Of a DNA stretch of 57,765 nt, positions 9,308 to 19,300 are shown piece by piece; position 1 is the stretch's first letter, and each line of letters starts with the position of its first letter. This DNA comes from a virus (lineage: Duplodnaviria > Caudoviricetes). The position numbers and the translations under genes were made by a program. The stretch covers positions 1-57,765 of IMG/VR virus record IMGVR_UViG_3300047481_002095; one strand, given 5' to 3'. Under the pieces are notes generated by a model that saw nothing but the letters and a program-made list of their open reading frames with translations, was not told the DNA's origin and searched no databases.

Positions 9308-10525
9308 ATGCCTCGTCGTGTACATGAAGATTGGCAACATTTCCGTGATGTTGTTTCGGGCAGAATCAGAAAGGCCCTGAAAAAGTTCATCAAGAGCGGA
9401 CAAATTGTCAAAAATCGTGGAAAGAACGGCAAGATTTCCATAACTATTCCCAAGATTGATATTCCTCACATTGTTTATGGAAACAATGGAGAGGGAGTTG
9501 GAAGAGGAAAAGGCAAGGAAGGAGAAGTTATTGGAAAAGACCCTCAACCGGGAGATGGAAGCGGGAATGGTGCTGGACAAGGAGAGTCAGAGGGTATTGT
9601 TATCAATTTAGATTTGGAAGATGTTCTCAAGTTCATGCAAGATGAACTTCAGCTTCCAAACCTCAAGAAAAAGCCAAATGAAATTTATGATGAAGTTAAA
9701 ATCAAGTACAACAATATCAGCCTCATAGGCCCTGAATCTCTTAGACACAATAGGAGAACTCTCAGGCAAACCATGAAGCGTCAGGCAGCAGAGGGTACTC
9801 TAGGGAAATTAACTCATGTTGCTGGTGTCAAAGACCCCGTAAGGATTTTACAGCCAATCAATGAAGATAAGAGATACAGACAATATAATGAAATAAAAAT
9901 TCCAAGTAGTAACGCCCTTATAATTTTTGCCCGTGATGGCTCTGGTTCCATGGATCAGGCAAAGTGCGAAATTGTTAGTGATATGGCTTGGTGGATAGAT
10001 GTTTGGATTCGTCGTTTCTATGATCGTGTTGATCGTTTGTATGTTTGGCACGATAGTGAGGCCATGGAAGTTGATGAGGCCAAGTTTTATAAATATAGGT
10101 TTGGAGGAGGAACAACTTGTTCATCCGCTCTCAAGTTTATAACCAAGCAGTTTGAAAACAGGTATCCACCAGAAAAGTGGAACATCTATGTTTTTTACTT
10201 CACAGATGGCGAAAATTGGGGAGATGATAACCAAATTTTTATTGATACATTATCAAAAGAATTTGGAGCAAACATAGTCAATTTTACAGGAATCACTCAA
10301 ATACTAGCATCTTCATATTCAGATTCTGTCAAGTATCATGTTGATGAGGCAATCAAATCAGGAAAACTTGATAAGGATTGTGTGAGAACAGTTGCAGTAG
10401 GAGGAAGCGCAGATGGAAAGCCAATGTGGTCTGCTCCTTCTTTGAGCGAGGAAAATAGAAATGAACAAATCATAGAGGCAATACAGCAACTATTAGGCAA
10501 TCCAAGTAAGTTGTCACGGGAGTAA
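9308..10525 (+). CDS. yeaH: YeaH/YhbH (DUF444) VWA-like protein
   Basis: Gly-rich linker, MIDAS DGSGSM, GGGTTCSSA, YPPEKWNIY.FYFTDGENW; prkA context. Confidence 0.9.
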   Translation: MPRRVHEDWQHFRDVVSGRIRKALKKFIKSGQIVKNRGKNGKISITIPKIDIPHIVYGNNGEGVGRGKGKEGEVIGKDPQPGDGSGNGAGQGESEGIVINLDLEDVLKFMQDELQLPNLKKKPNEIYDEVKIKYNNISLIGPESLRHNRRTLRQTMKRQAAEGTLGKLTHVAGVKDPVRILQPINEDKRYRQYNEIKIPSSNALIIFARDGSGSMDQAKCEIVSDMAWWIDVWIRRFYDRVDRLYVWHDSEAMEVDEAKFYKYRFGGGTTCSSALKFITKQFENRYPPEKWNIYVFYFTDGENWGDDNQIFIDTLSKEFGANIVNFTGITQILASSYSDSVKYHVDEAIKSGKLDKDCVRTVAVGGSADGKPMWSAPSLSEENRNEQIIEAIQQLLGNPSKLSRE

Positions 10526-10527
10526 CA

Positions 10528-11052
10528 TTGCATTTTGTAGACATAAAATCTTACCCAGATAATTCAGTTCTAGAGAAACATAAGGAACTGTTGAATGAAC
10601 TTGAGTTTATATTTAATTCCATAGATGCCAAAGAACTTTTTATAAAACAATGCAAGGAAAAGAACAGGCTTGACAAGTTTTTATTTTGTCCAAAGTCTTG
10701 CAACAAATTGTGTAAAAAAATGCTTCGTGAAAAAAATTGGAAATCATATAAGCATAAATTCAAATACAAATCTGGAAATTTTAAACATGGAAGCTATGAA
10801 GTTGATTTTTTGAAAAATAGACTTGCTGTAGAGTTACAATTTGGTAAATATGCATTTATGCCAGATAATGTAATGAAGTTTGAAATATTTCACAAACACT
10901 TGAAACTTATTGATGTTGGCATTTTGATTGTTCCTTCCAAACACTTACAATTCAATATGAGTTCTGGCCCCGGTTGTTTTCAGCAAATAATTCAAAGACT
11001 TGATGATCTCAATTATCAAAATCCTTTGATTGTTATAGGTCTTGGAGGTTGA
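10528..11052 (+). CDS. BglII/BstYI-like type II restriction endonuclease
   Basis: YEVDFLKNRLAVELQFGKY...KF...IDVGILIVP, the E-x-D...E-x-Q catalytic signature. Confidence 0.7.
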   Translation: MHFVDIKSYPDNSVLEKHKELLNELEFIFNSIDAKELFIKQCKEKNRLDKFLFCPKSCNKLCKKMLREKNWKSYKHKFKYKSGNFKHGSYEVDFLKNRLAVELQFGKYAFMPDNVMKFEIFHKHLKLIDVGILIVPSKHLQFNMSSGPGCFQQIIQRLDDLNYQNPLIVIGLGG

Positions 11053-11053
11053 A

Positions 11054-14000
11054 ATGTCTTCCAAATTCTTTCACGGATCAAGCCTACTTGTTGGTGACAA
11101 TACTGTTCCCGGCGTTCAACTATCAAAAGAACTTAAAGAATATATTCCAAAGATTCTTCAGGCCTGTCGCAATTGGGGTCTTGATTTCTATCCTACTGTA
11201 GTCCAATTGCTCAATTATGACGAAATAAGCGAAGTAGCAGCTTATGGAGGATTTCCTGTTCGTTTTCCCCATTGGTCTTTTGGAATGGAATATGAAGAGC
11301 TACAGCGTGGATATGAGTTCGGTGGACATAAGATATATGAAATGGTAGTGAATTGCCTAAATTTTTCCGTAAATGTAAGCAGCGCAAGGGGTTACATCAA
11401 AGTTTCAGATGTAAAAATTGGTGATATTTTATTCAGTAAAAATGGTGGAAGAAGGGTAGTTGCTGTTAAAAAACAAGCAAAAAGCAAAGTTGTGAAAATT
11501 GATGCTTTTGGATATTTTCAGGACACGATATGTACGCCAAACCATAAGTGGCAAGTATTAAGAGGTTATAAACCAGAGTGGGTTGAAGCTAAAGATTTAG
11601 TTCAAGGAGATATTTTGATTGCTGGCGGAAAATATGATAATTTTCTTGGAAGCAGCCCACAAATTATATGGTCAAAACAAAAAGTTTATGAATCCACTTT
11701 GCCAAATGTAAGGTGGAAATTGTTTGATATTAATCCGCCAAAACATATGACTGTTGAATTAGCAGAGCTATTAGGCATTTGTGCTGGGGATGGAAGTTCT
11801 GGTGTGAGTGGATCAGAAAATATGATTGCCATTGCTGTTGGCAAAAAGAACAAGCAATATCAGCTTCATATTCAAAACATTTTTCACAAGGTCTTTAATA
11901 AAGAAGCTGCTATCTATGAAAAAGATTCAGGTGATACTGTCGTTTTGTGTTCCAAGTATGCAGTTGACTATTTTAATGAAATTGGAATGAAAAAAAATGT
12001 TACATTTGAATCTAAGAAAGTTCCCTCAATAATTTGGGAGTCTTCTAATGAATATAAAGCCGCTTTTCTTAGAGGAATTTTTGACACAGATGGTCATGTT
12101 AAGACCAGTTTGCAGATGTGCAGTAAGAGTTTTGAATTGATTAAAGATGTACAGTTGCTTTTGTTAGAGATTGGAATATTCAGTAAGGTTGTTCATGTAA
12201 ACAATAAACACAATAATATTTATGTTCTTTATATTTTAGGTAGAAGTAATCAACTTGCCTTTTCAAAATATGTAAATTTTTCAACAGAATATAAGCGTGA
12301 AGCTTTATTTAATTTGGTAAATTCTGGATATGCGATTGCCCACGGGAATAAACTTCCCAATGTACAAAAAGAAATTTTGAGAAGACTTGAAGAATTGCCT
12401 AATCAAAGAAAACTTCCTGCATGGATTAAGAGATGGAAATGGTTATCTAACAAAAAGGATGTTGGTTGTAACACTTTGTGGAGTTTTGTTTCTAGGCTCA
12501 TGAGTGCTGGATACGATGGATTTGAAGATATATTTGAAACATTGCAAAGTCCTATGTATGTGGTTGAAAAATGTGCCGAATATGGAGAGGAAGAAACAAT
12601 CGACATAGCATTGGATCATGACGAACATGATTTCTTGGCAAATGGATTGGTTTCTCATAACACCAACCCATGTTACATCTATAATCTTGCCTCAAATACA
12701 TTGGCAGATCACTTGACAGTAGTGGCTCATGCAACAGGACACAATGACTTTTTCAAAAACAACATTCATTTTAGTGCCACAGATACCAATATGCTGAACA
12801 AGATGGCGAATCATTCTGCTAGGATTCGCAACTATATGAGCAGATGGGGCAAGGAGCGTGTTACAGAATTTCTTGATCATGTTATGAGACTTGAAACCCT
12901 GATAGATGGATCAGAGGCTTGGACTGAAAAAGTTGTAAAAGACAGAAATATTCGTGATGAAAGAAAATACAATAAGCCACAAATGCTGAATGTTGACAGA
13001 AAAAGGCTATATATGGAGCCTTTCATCAATACTTCTTCTTATCGTAAAAAGAAAAATGAGGAGATACATGATAGAGACATTGCTGATGAAATCGGATTCT
13101 TCAAAGAGCCAACTAAGAACATTCTTGGTTTCATTCGTGACAATGCTCCATTGAAGCCATGGCAATCTGATATTGTTTCCATGCTTTATGAAGAGGCAAT
13201 CTATTTCTTCCCACAAAGACAAACTAAGGTCGCCAACGAAGGCTGGGCCTGTGGAAAAAGGGATACTCTTGTTTGTAGTGATTTGGGCATTTTGACCTTA
13301 GGAGAAATAGTCGAAAATAGAATGGCAGTAACCATTTACGATGGAGAACAAGAAAGAAAAGTTACGAATTGGTTTACTTTTGAAAATCGAGATGTGTATC
13401 GCATAGAAACTCGTCGTGGATATGTTTTTGAGGGTTCTAATAATCATCGCATCATGGGCCATGATGATTGGATTCGCATGGACGCAATGTCAGTTGGACA
13501 GTCATTGAAATTGTCTTATTCTGATATTTGGTCAAATGAATTGCAAGAAATTAATTATGAATTACCAGAAAAAAGAATTGAACTTGATGAGATTGCCGAA
13601 ATGGCATCTGTTACAAAATATCAAGTAAGCTATAGGAAATATCATTACAAAGGTGAAGAAAAAAATGATGTTTTAGGAAATCTGATTCAAGAATATGATA
13701 ATCAAAAAACTACTTTTATGCGAAACAAGAGGAACAAGATTAGTGTTCCTGATTATATGACTGAAGATTTTGCTTCATTTGTCGGCTACATGATTGGCGA
13801 TGGACATATTTCCCTAGTGAAAAGAACTATGGGTTTGACATCTGGGGACAAATCACAAATTGATCATTATGCTACTTTGCTTAAAGATTTATTTGGATTA
13901 GAATGTAAGATAAGATGGGATGGATCATCGAAAAATGGTAGGTATAGGGCTTCGGTTAGTTCTAAAGATTTGGAACTACTTCTTATCCATCTTGGCATGA

Positions 14001-15163
14001 AAACAGGAGTTTGTGCCAGAAGTAAAAATATACCAGAAATTATATTGAAATCGCCAAAGAATGTTGTTACGGCATTCATCAGGTCTTATTTTGACTGCGA
14101 TGGTTATGCTGGAAATGCGGGAGTGATACTCTCCACATCGAGCGAGAGTATGTCTCGACAAATCCAGAATGTGCTTTTGAATTTCAAGATTCTCTCAACA
14201 AGGAGAAAGCAAAAAGATTCATGTTGGCATATTCGGATTACTGGCTCAGAAGCGGTTAAATTTGAAGAACAAATTGGATTTGGTCTTCAAAGAAAACAAG
14301 ATAAATTAAGAAAATATGTTTCTGATCACAAATGGTTTCTGGAAAAGAATCTTGAAGATGAGATTGTTTCTGTTGAAAAAACTGGCACAGACACAGTTTA
14401 TGATATCACAGTTGAAACAAGTCATCGATATTCAGCTTGCGGATTTATAAATCATAACAGCACAGTTGACTCTGTCATCATGGCAGAACAAGGCTTCATT
14501 GGACTTGGTCAAAAGTCTGAGGATTGTGGCATTGTAGAGTATGCTGATCACAAGATGGGAGTTCTTGGTGGCAAGTATAGCATGAATCCTTACAAGCTGG
14601 GATTTTACTTGCTTGCCGATATTCGTGAGAGGTGGGACAAGGGCAGATTTGGAACCGAATATGATGAATGCACAGATATGCACAAGAAAGAGAATTGGGA
14701 CACGGGTGCCATGTTGGGCAAGGAGAAAATTTTCGAGGTTAGGAAGTATTATGATGATCTAACCATGATACATGAATTCTTTACAGAAGAGTTTTGTCGT
14801 AAACAAGAATATTTTCATTGGAAACATTATCCAAATGGCGAATACAGAATCGACACAAGAGACTACAAGACTATTAAAAAGAATTTGATGCAAAGACATC
14901 TTAATGGAGGACTGCCTGATATCAGGCTCATGGAGCCTAATTATCTTGGAAGAGGAATAATGCTATTGCAGCATTATCATGATGGTAGGCCTTTGTACGA
15001 GTCTTATCTAGAAGATGTTTTGTCTTCAATTCGATTCCTTTGGAATAATGATGTTGTTTTGGTTTCAAAGGATGAAAATAGTAAGGAAAAAATTTATTGG
15101 CAAAAAGCAAATTATTTTGAAGTAATGGACAGGGAAAAACTCAACAAACAAGCGAATGTTTGA
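11054..15163 (+). CDS. spoVR: SpoVR/YcgB-family protein containing two inteins
   Basis: AYGGFPVRFPHWSFG, KIYEMVVN|TNPC, HATGHNDFFKNN, QTKVANEGWA|S, NPYKLG; ATG 11054 after GGAGG. Confidence 0.92.
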   Translation: MSSKFFHGSSLLVGDNTVPGVQLSKELKEYIPKILQACRNWGLDFYPTVVQLLNYDEISEVAAYGGFPVRFPHWSFGMEYEELQRGYEFGGHKIYEMVVNCLNFSVNVSSARGYIKVSDVKIGDILFSKNGGRRVVAVKKQAKSKVVKIDAFGYFQDTICTPNHKWQVLRGYKPEWVEAKDLVQGDILIAGGKYDNFLGSSPQIIWSKQKVYESTLPNVRWKLFDINPPKHMTVELAELLGICAGDGSSGVSGSENMIAIAVGKKNKQYQLHIQNIFHKVFNKEAAIYEKDSGDTVVLCSKYAVDYFNEIGMKKNVTFESKKVPSIIWESSNEYKAAFLRGIFDTDGHVKTSLQMCSKSFELIKDVQLLLLEIGIFSKVVHVNNKHNNIYVLYILGRSNQLAFSKYVNFSTEYKREALFNLVNSGYAIAHGNKLPNVQKEILRRLEELPNQRKLPAWIKRWKWLSNKKDVGCNTLWSFVSRLMSAGYDGFEDIFETLQSPMYVVEKCAEYGEEETIDIALDHDEHDFLANGLVSHNTNPCYIYNLASNTLADHLTVVAHATGHNDFFKNNIHFSATDTNMLNKMANHSARIRNYMSRWGKERVTEFLDHVMRLETLIDGSEAWTEKVVKDRNIRDERKYNKPQMLNVDRKRLYMEPFINTSSYRKKKNEEIHDRDIADEIGFFKEPTKNILGFIRDNAPLKPWQSDIVSMLYEEAIYFFPQRQTKVANEGWACGKRDTLVCSDLGILTLGEIVENRMAVTIYDGEQERKVTNWFTFENRDVYRIETRRGYVFEGSNNHRIMGHDDWIRMDAMSVGQSLKLSYSDIWSNELQEINYELPEKRIELDEIAEMASVTKYQVSYRKYHYKGEEKNDVLGNLIQEYDNQKTTFMRNKRNKISVPDYMTEDFASFVGYMIGDGHISLVKRTMGLTSGDKSQIDHYATLLKDLFGLECKIRWDGSSKNGRYRASVSSKDLELLLIHLGMKTGVCARSKNIPEIILKSPKNVVTAFIRSYFDCDGYAGNAGVILSTSSESMSRQIQNVLLNFKILSTRRKQKDSCWHIRITGSEAVKFEEQIGFGLQRKQDKLRKYVSDHKWFLEKNLEDEIVSVEKTGTDTVYDITVETSHRYSACGFINHNSTVDSVIMAEQGFIGLGQKSEDCGIVEYADHKMGVLGGKYSMNPYKLGFYLLADIRERWDKGRFGTEYDECTDMHKKENWDTGAMLGKEKIFEVRKYYDDLTMIHEFFTEEFCRKQEYFHWKHYPNGEYRIDTRDYKTIKKNLMQRHLNGGLPDIRLMEPNYLGRGIMLLQHYHDGRPLYESYLEDVLSSIRFLWNNDVVLVSKDENSKEKIYWQKANYFEVMDREKLNKQANV
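11354..12661 (+). mobile_element. Intein 1 in SpoVR with LAGLIDADG homing endonuclease (436 aa)
   Basis: Starts CLNFSVNV, ends GLVSHN followed by Thr; LLGICAGDGS and FLRGIFDTDG motifs. Confidence 0.9.
13250..14458 (+). mobile_element. Intein 2 in SpoVR with LAGLIDADG homing endonuclease (403 aa)
   Basis: Starts CGKRDTLV, ends FINHN followed by Ser; FVGYMIGDGH and FIRSYFDCDG motifs. Confidence 0.9.
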
Positions 15164-15807
15164 TGTCAACATACATTAAAAACAATCAGATACATGGTCG
15201 TTTTAATTCCGAAAGGAATTCAAAATTTGAACATATTGGAAGAAATTCCAATATCGAATTTTGGGAAAGCAAAAAGGGAATAGTCAAGATAAATGATGTA
15301 AATGAAAAAGGGGAACTTGTTACAAATTGTTCTGACTTGATTGTTGAGTTCAAGTCGAAAATGCTTCTTATAGAGGCGGCAACAAAAAGAGCAGACTTGT
15401 TTAAGTATATTGAAGAAGGCGTTGATGTTGAAACAAGAAAGTTAAAGTATTGCAGAAAAGATCAAAAAGGTTTCGTTGGTATGTGTGATTATTATCTTGA
15501 TGAAAATAATGTTGCACATTCAGGAAATGAAATGCTTTTGATTCCCATGGAATGCCTACAATATGCACAAAACAGTTGCGGTAATAATTTCAAAGGGCAA
15601 GGTAGCGTGAAGTCTTCTATTGGTTTTACAATGCCAGAACATGGTTGCCATAGAGTTAGAAAACAATGCAGGAATGGTTTCAGGCAAACAGGTAGCGTTG
15701 AAGACTTTTACAGAATACCACTTGGATATGTTGCTCACTACAGGAAAAATGAAAAAGGTAACTATAATTTAATTAGGAAGCCAATTTGGAGAATTGAAAA
15801 TGGATGA
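15160..15807 (+). CDS. Hypothetical protein, possible PD-(D/E)XK nuclease fold
   Basis: SDLIVEF...LLIEAATKR resembles a D...ExK-type motif. Confidence 0.4.
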   Translation: MMSTYIKNNQIHGRFNSERNSKFEHIGRNSNIEFWESKKGIVKINDVNEKGELVTNCSDLIVEFKSKMLLIEAATKRADLFKYIEEGVDVETRKLKYCRKDQKGFVGMCDYYLDENNVAHSGNEMLLIPMECLQYAQNSCGNNFKGQGSVKSSIGFTMPEHGCHRVRKQCRNGFRQTGSVEDFYRIPLGYVAHYRKNEKGNYNLIRKPIWRIENG

Positions 15808-16015
15808 TACAAGTTTGTTGCTCACAGAGGAATTTCAAAACTTTTCGGCAAAAATCAAGACAATCTTTGAGGAAAAGAAAGCTAAGAAAGAACAGCTAAA
15901 GGCTTTGTATGACAAAGTTCAAGCTGAAATTAAGGCTTTAGATGCTAAAGCCAAAACAGCAGAAGAAGAATTCAACAAGTGGAAAGCATCACAAAAAGGC
16001 AAGCCACAAGATTGA
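15800..16015 (+). CDS. Small coiled-coil protein
   Basis: K/E/A-rich heptads; GGAG RBS before ATG 15800. Confidence 0.55.
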   Translation: MDDTSLLLTEEFQNFSAKIKTIFEEKKAKKEQLKALYDKVQAEIKALDAKAKTAEEEFNKWKASQKGKPQD

Positions 16016-16275
16016 TGAACGCACAATTAAATTTAATATCATTGTTGATTTCAATAACAACAGGCTTATTGATACTTTTCGGGCCTCACGATCTTTATTT
16101 TATTATCGTGACATTCTCGCTATGTGTTTTTCTTTCATCCATTTACAGTTTTGAAACTTTTTGCCGATTTGCAGAATCTAAACCATACTCTAGCACAGCA
16201 CTTGCATCACTATTGTGGTTGCTCAATACTTTTCTGCAATTTTTTACGCTCATAAATAAAATTTCAAATCCTTGA
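16015..16275 (+). CDS. Small membrane protein
   Basis: Three hydrophobic segments; TGATG coupling with the upstream stop. Confidence 0.5.
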   Translation: MNAQLNLISLLISITTGLLILFGPHDLYFIIVTFSLCVFLSSIYSFETFCRFAESKPYSSTALASLLWLLNTFLQFFTLINKISNP

Positions 16276-16284
16276 TATTTTTGC

Positions 16285-16313
16285 TTTACAATCAAAACTT
16301 TTGCCCCTATACT
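16285..16313 (+). promoter_or_regulatory. Sigma70-type promoter of the cas12i-like gene
   Basis: TTTACA (16285-90), 17 bp, TATACT (16308-13). Confidence 0.65.
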
Positions 16314-16321
16314 CAAATGTG

Positions 16322-16373
16322 AGGCAGCAATTTGCTGCCTTTATGAGGAAAATCCTGTATTTTTATATACAGG
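16322..16373 (+). promoter_or_regulatory. Two-hairpin 5' leader (second hairpin is CRISPR-repeat-like)
   Basis: AGGCAGCAA-T-TTGCTGCCT (16322-40) and GAAAAT-CCTGTAT-TTTTAT-ATACAGG (stem-loop 16354-73). Confidence 0.5.
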
Positions 16374-16380
16374 TTTATAT

Positions 16381-19300
16381 ATGGGGATAACAATGTCAGA
16401 TACCACTTTCAGGCCATACAAGTCAAAGTTGAATCCCAATGAACGAAAGATGCCCATGGTTGTTGACACCATGAACTGGTGTGACAATGCTTGCTCTGTG
16501 TTTTTCGACTTATTTGTGGGTCTTTATGGTGGTGTCAAGATAGGGGATGTGACTAACTTTTTGACAGAAAAGCAAGACACTACTACTGACGCTGACTTGC
16601 TTTGTGCCATCAACTGGTTTCGAGCTATGCCAGTCAGCAATCCCGATGCTGTTGTTGGTCCTGAGCAGTTGGTGGTTAGGTTTCGAGATTATTCTGGCCA
16701 CAATCCTAGCCCAATGGCGAGTATGTATCTGTCGGCACCTGTAAATCCAAGGTATACATGGGTGGATTGCCGGTTTTTATATCAACAGATGTGTCAGACA
16801 CTTGGTGCCAATCTTGATGTTGATATCTCCACTCTTGTTCAGACAGGTCTTTTGCCCATTCAAAAAGATACGCAGCTTAATGCCTACAGCTTCTGCTCTA
16901 ATGTTTTTGGAGAGGGCGTGAAAGAAGACCCATCTGCTAAGGTAACTTCATATACAGCAGCAGCAAATGCTCTGAGTGGTGCCACTAATCCAATCATCAC
17001 ATACGAGGATTATCGCCAAATATTGTCTAGTGCTATCACTAATCGTCCATCTCGTAAGGGGGCCAAAGACATTTTGGCTGCTGACCTCGACAGCACCAAG
17101 ACAGGAGTCTTACCGGGAAACTATGTGTCGCAAAGAATCGCAATGTATCAGGCAAGCGCAGCTTCCAAGGCAAGGGGAGTGGTGTTGCCAAATAGGCTTA
17201 GGGTTAAGGCATATTTGCAAAATTTGGTGGGACTGAATTATATCTGCACTACTTGGGCAGCCCCCATGCTCAGGGCAGTAGGAGATATCAAGAGCAAGAA
17301 TAGCAATAACTATCGGTTTGTGGGCGAGAGACTTGAAAGGCAACAGGAAATTGACAACCTTCTCGCAGTTTCAAATATTCGTTCTGCACAGGCTATTCTT
17401 CAACAGTTTCGAGCAAATGAATCCAATCAATTCTACATCAAAAAGAGGCATATTGGCAAGGGTTTGCCAAGTCTTTACGATATGTGGGATTTAATGGACG
17501 AGAAGGAAGGTATCGATAATTACATCCAGTCTCTAAAGGGTGACAAAACTGAAAGGCTACCTATTCGTGAACTATTGCAAATCATCTATCCTCATCGCAA
17601 AAGTGTGAGCGCAGAACTGTTTTTGTCAGCAGCGGAACTGACTGATGTTGAGGACAGGCAAAACAGGTGCATGGTTCATCCGACTGTCCGAGGCAGTTTG
17701 GTAATCAACTTTGGCAAGTCCAGCACAATATTCGGAGCAATTACTCCTCCAGACACCCTCATCAAATTTCGGGGAGAGATGGTTCCCGCTGGTCAGACTG
17801 GCATGATCTGGTTCACTATGCACTTGGTTGATGGTGGCAAATGGGTAAAGCACCACATTCCTTGCCATTCATCTCGATATTTTGAGGAAATTTACGCTTG
17901 GAAGAAAGACCTTCCAACTCTTCCATTTCCTCGCCGTTCCCTTTATGGATACGCTATTGGAAACAAGATTTCCGACACCCGCAAGATTGATTTAAGGAGG
18001 AAAAAAGCCTCCAAGCAATATCTTCGCACTCTCGAAAACATGACGCATAATGTCGAATTTGATCCAACCACTCAATTCATGGTGGACCAAGAACTGAATG
18101 TCACAATTACGGCAAGGGTCAAGAAAATACCTCCTGTTCGTGATGTGCCTGTTGGATCACGAATCATGGGTCTGAATAAGAATCAAACCATTCGTGATTG
18201 TTATTCCATTTGGGAAAGAGTGGAAGCCAACACAAGTGGGAGCTTTCAACATCCAGTAGTGCAAGATGTTTGGCTCAGGCTTGTAGCCGATGGTCATGTG
18301 ACTTCGACTGTCAATGGGCCTAATGGTCAAATTGATCAGATGAGTTATTCAGGCCCAGATGTCGCAAATTGTGGCAACTGGATGCAGGAAAGGTCGAATT
18401 TCATCACTAGCGTTGATGATGCTGACCAAAGCATCATGAAGCACTTCCTCTGGAATAATCGAGTCAAGCTCTACGCTTGGAACTGTGTGTACGCTGGCAC
18501 TTTGATGAAAGCCATCAGCAAGCAGATGACGACTGCCAATCGCAATTTATTCAGGAATGAGATTCTTTCATTCGTGGGAGGTCGATTTGGTTGCCGATTG
18601 GGCAGTTTGGCGCAAGTTTCCCTTGACCTTCTTCGTCGCATGAAGTCTGTTATTTCTTGCTATTTCAGCAGGAATAACGCATTTACAATTGAGGAAAGGT
18701 CTGCATTCGACAAAGAGCTTATGGAATTGTTTGAGTCTCTTGACAACAAGATGAACAACAAGAGAAAGGAAAAGGTCAATCGAACCCTTAGTTCTATTTT
18801 TCAGGTTGCCAAGCAGCACAATGTTGTGAGACTTGTGGTGACCAAGAATCTTCAGACTCCAGACGCAAATGTCAGGTCTGTGATGAATCAGAGGTCTGTT
18901 GACTGGTGTGCAAGGAAGATTGAGGAAAAGATCGTTGATTTAGGTAATGTGATTGGGATTTATGTGGACTTGGTTGAGGCTCTTGACCTGTCACATCTTG
19001 ATCCATTCATCTACATCGCCAAGGGTGATGTCGGCAAGGAGTGTCAGTTTGACGAGGTTGAGTCATCATCTCTTCTGCCTATCCACACTTCGATGTTTCG
19101 TGATTGGCATGGTTTGGTGAATAAGGGCAGAACAACTACTCCTATTTACCATTCAGCCTTGAGGTCATTTGCATCTCACTATGGACTTCGTTTTGATGAT
19201 CTTGCAAGGATCAAGGCAGCAGAACTTGCCAAGATGTTACCTGACCAAAAGGTTTTCATTCCTCACAGGGGAGGCAGATTCTTTATGTCCACTTATCCTG

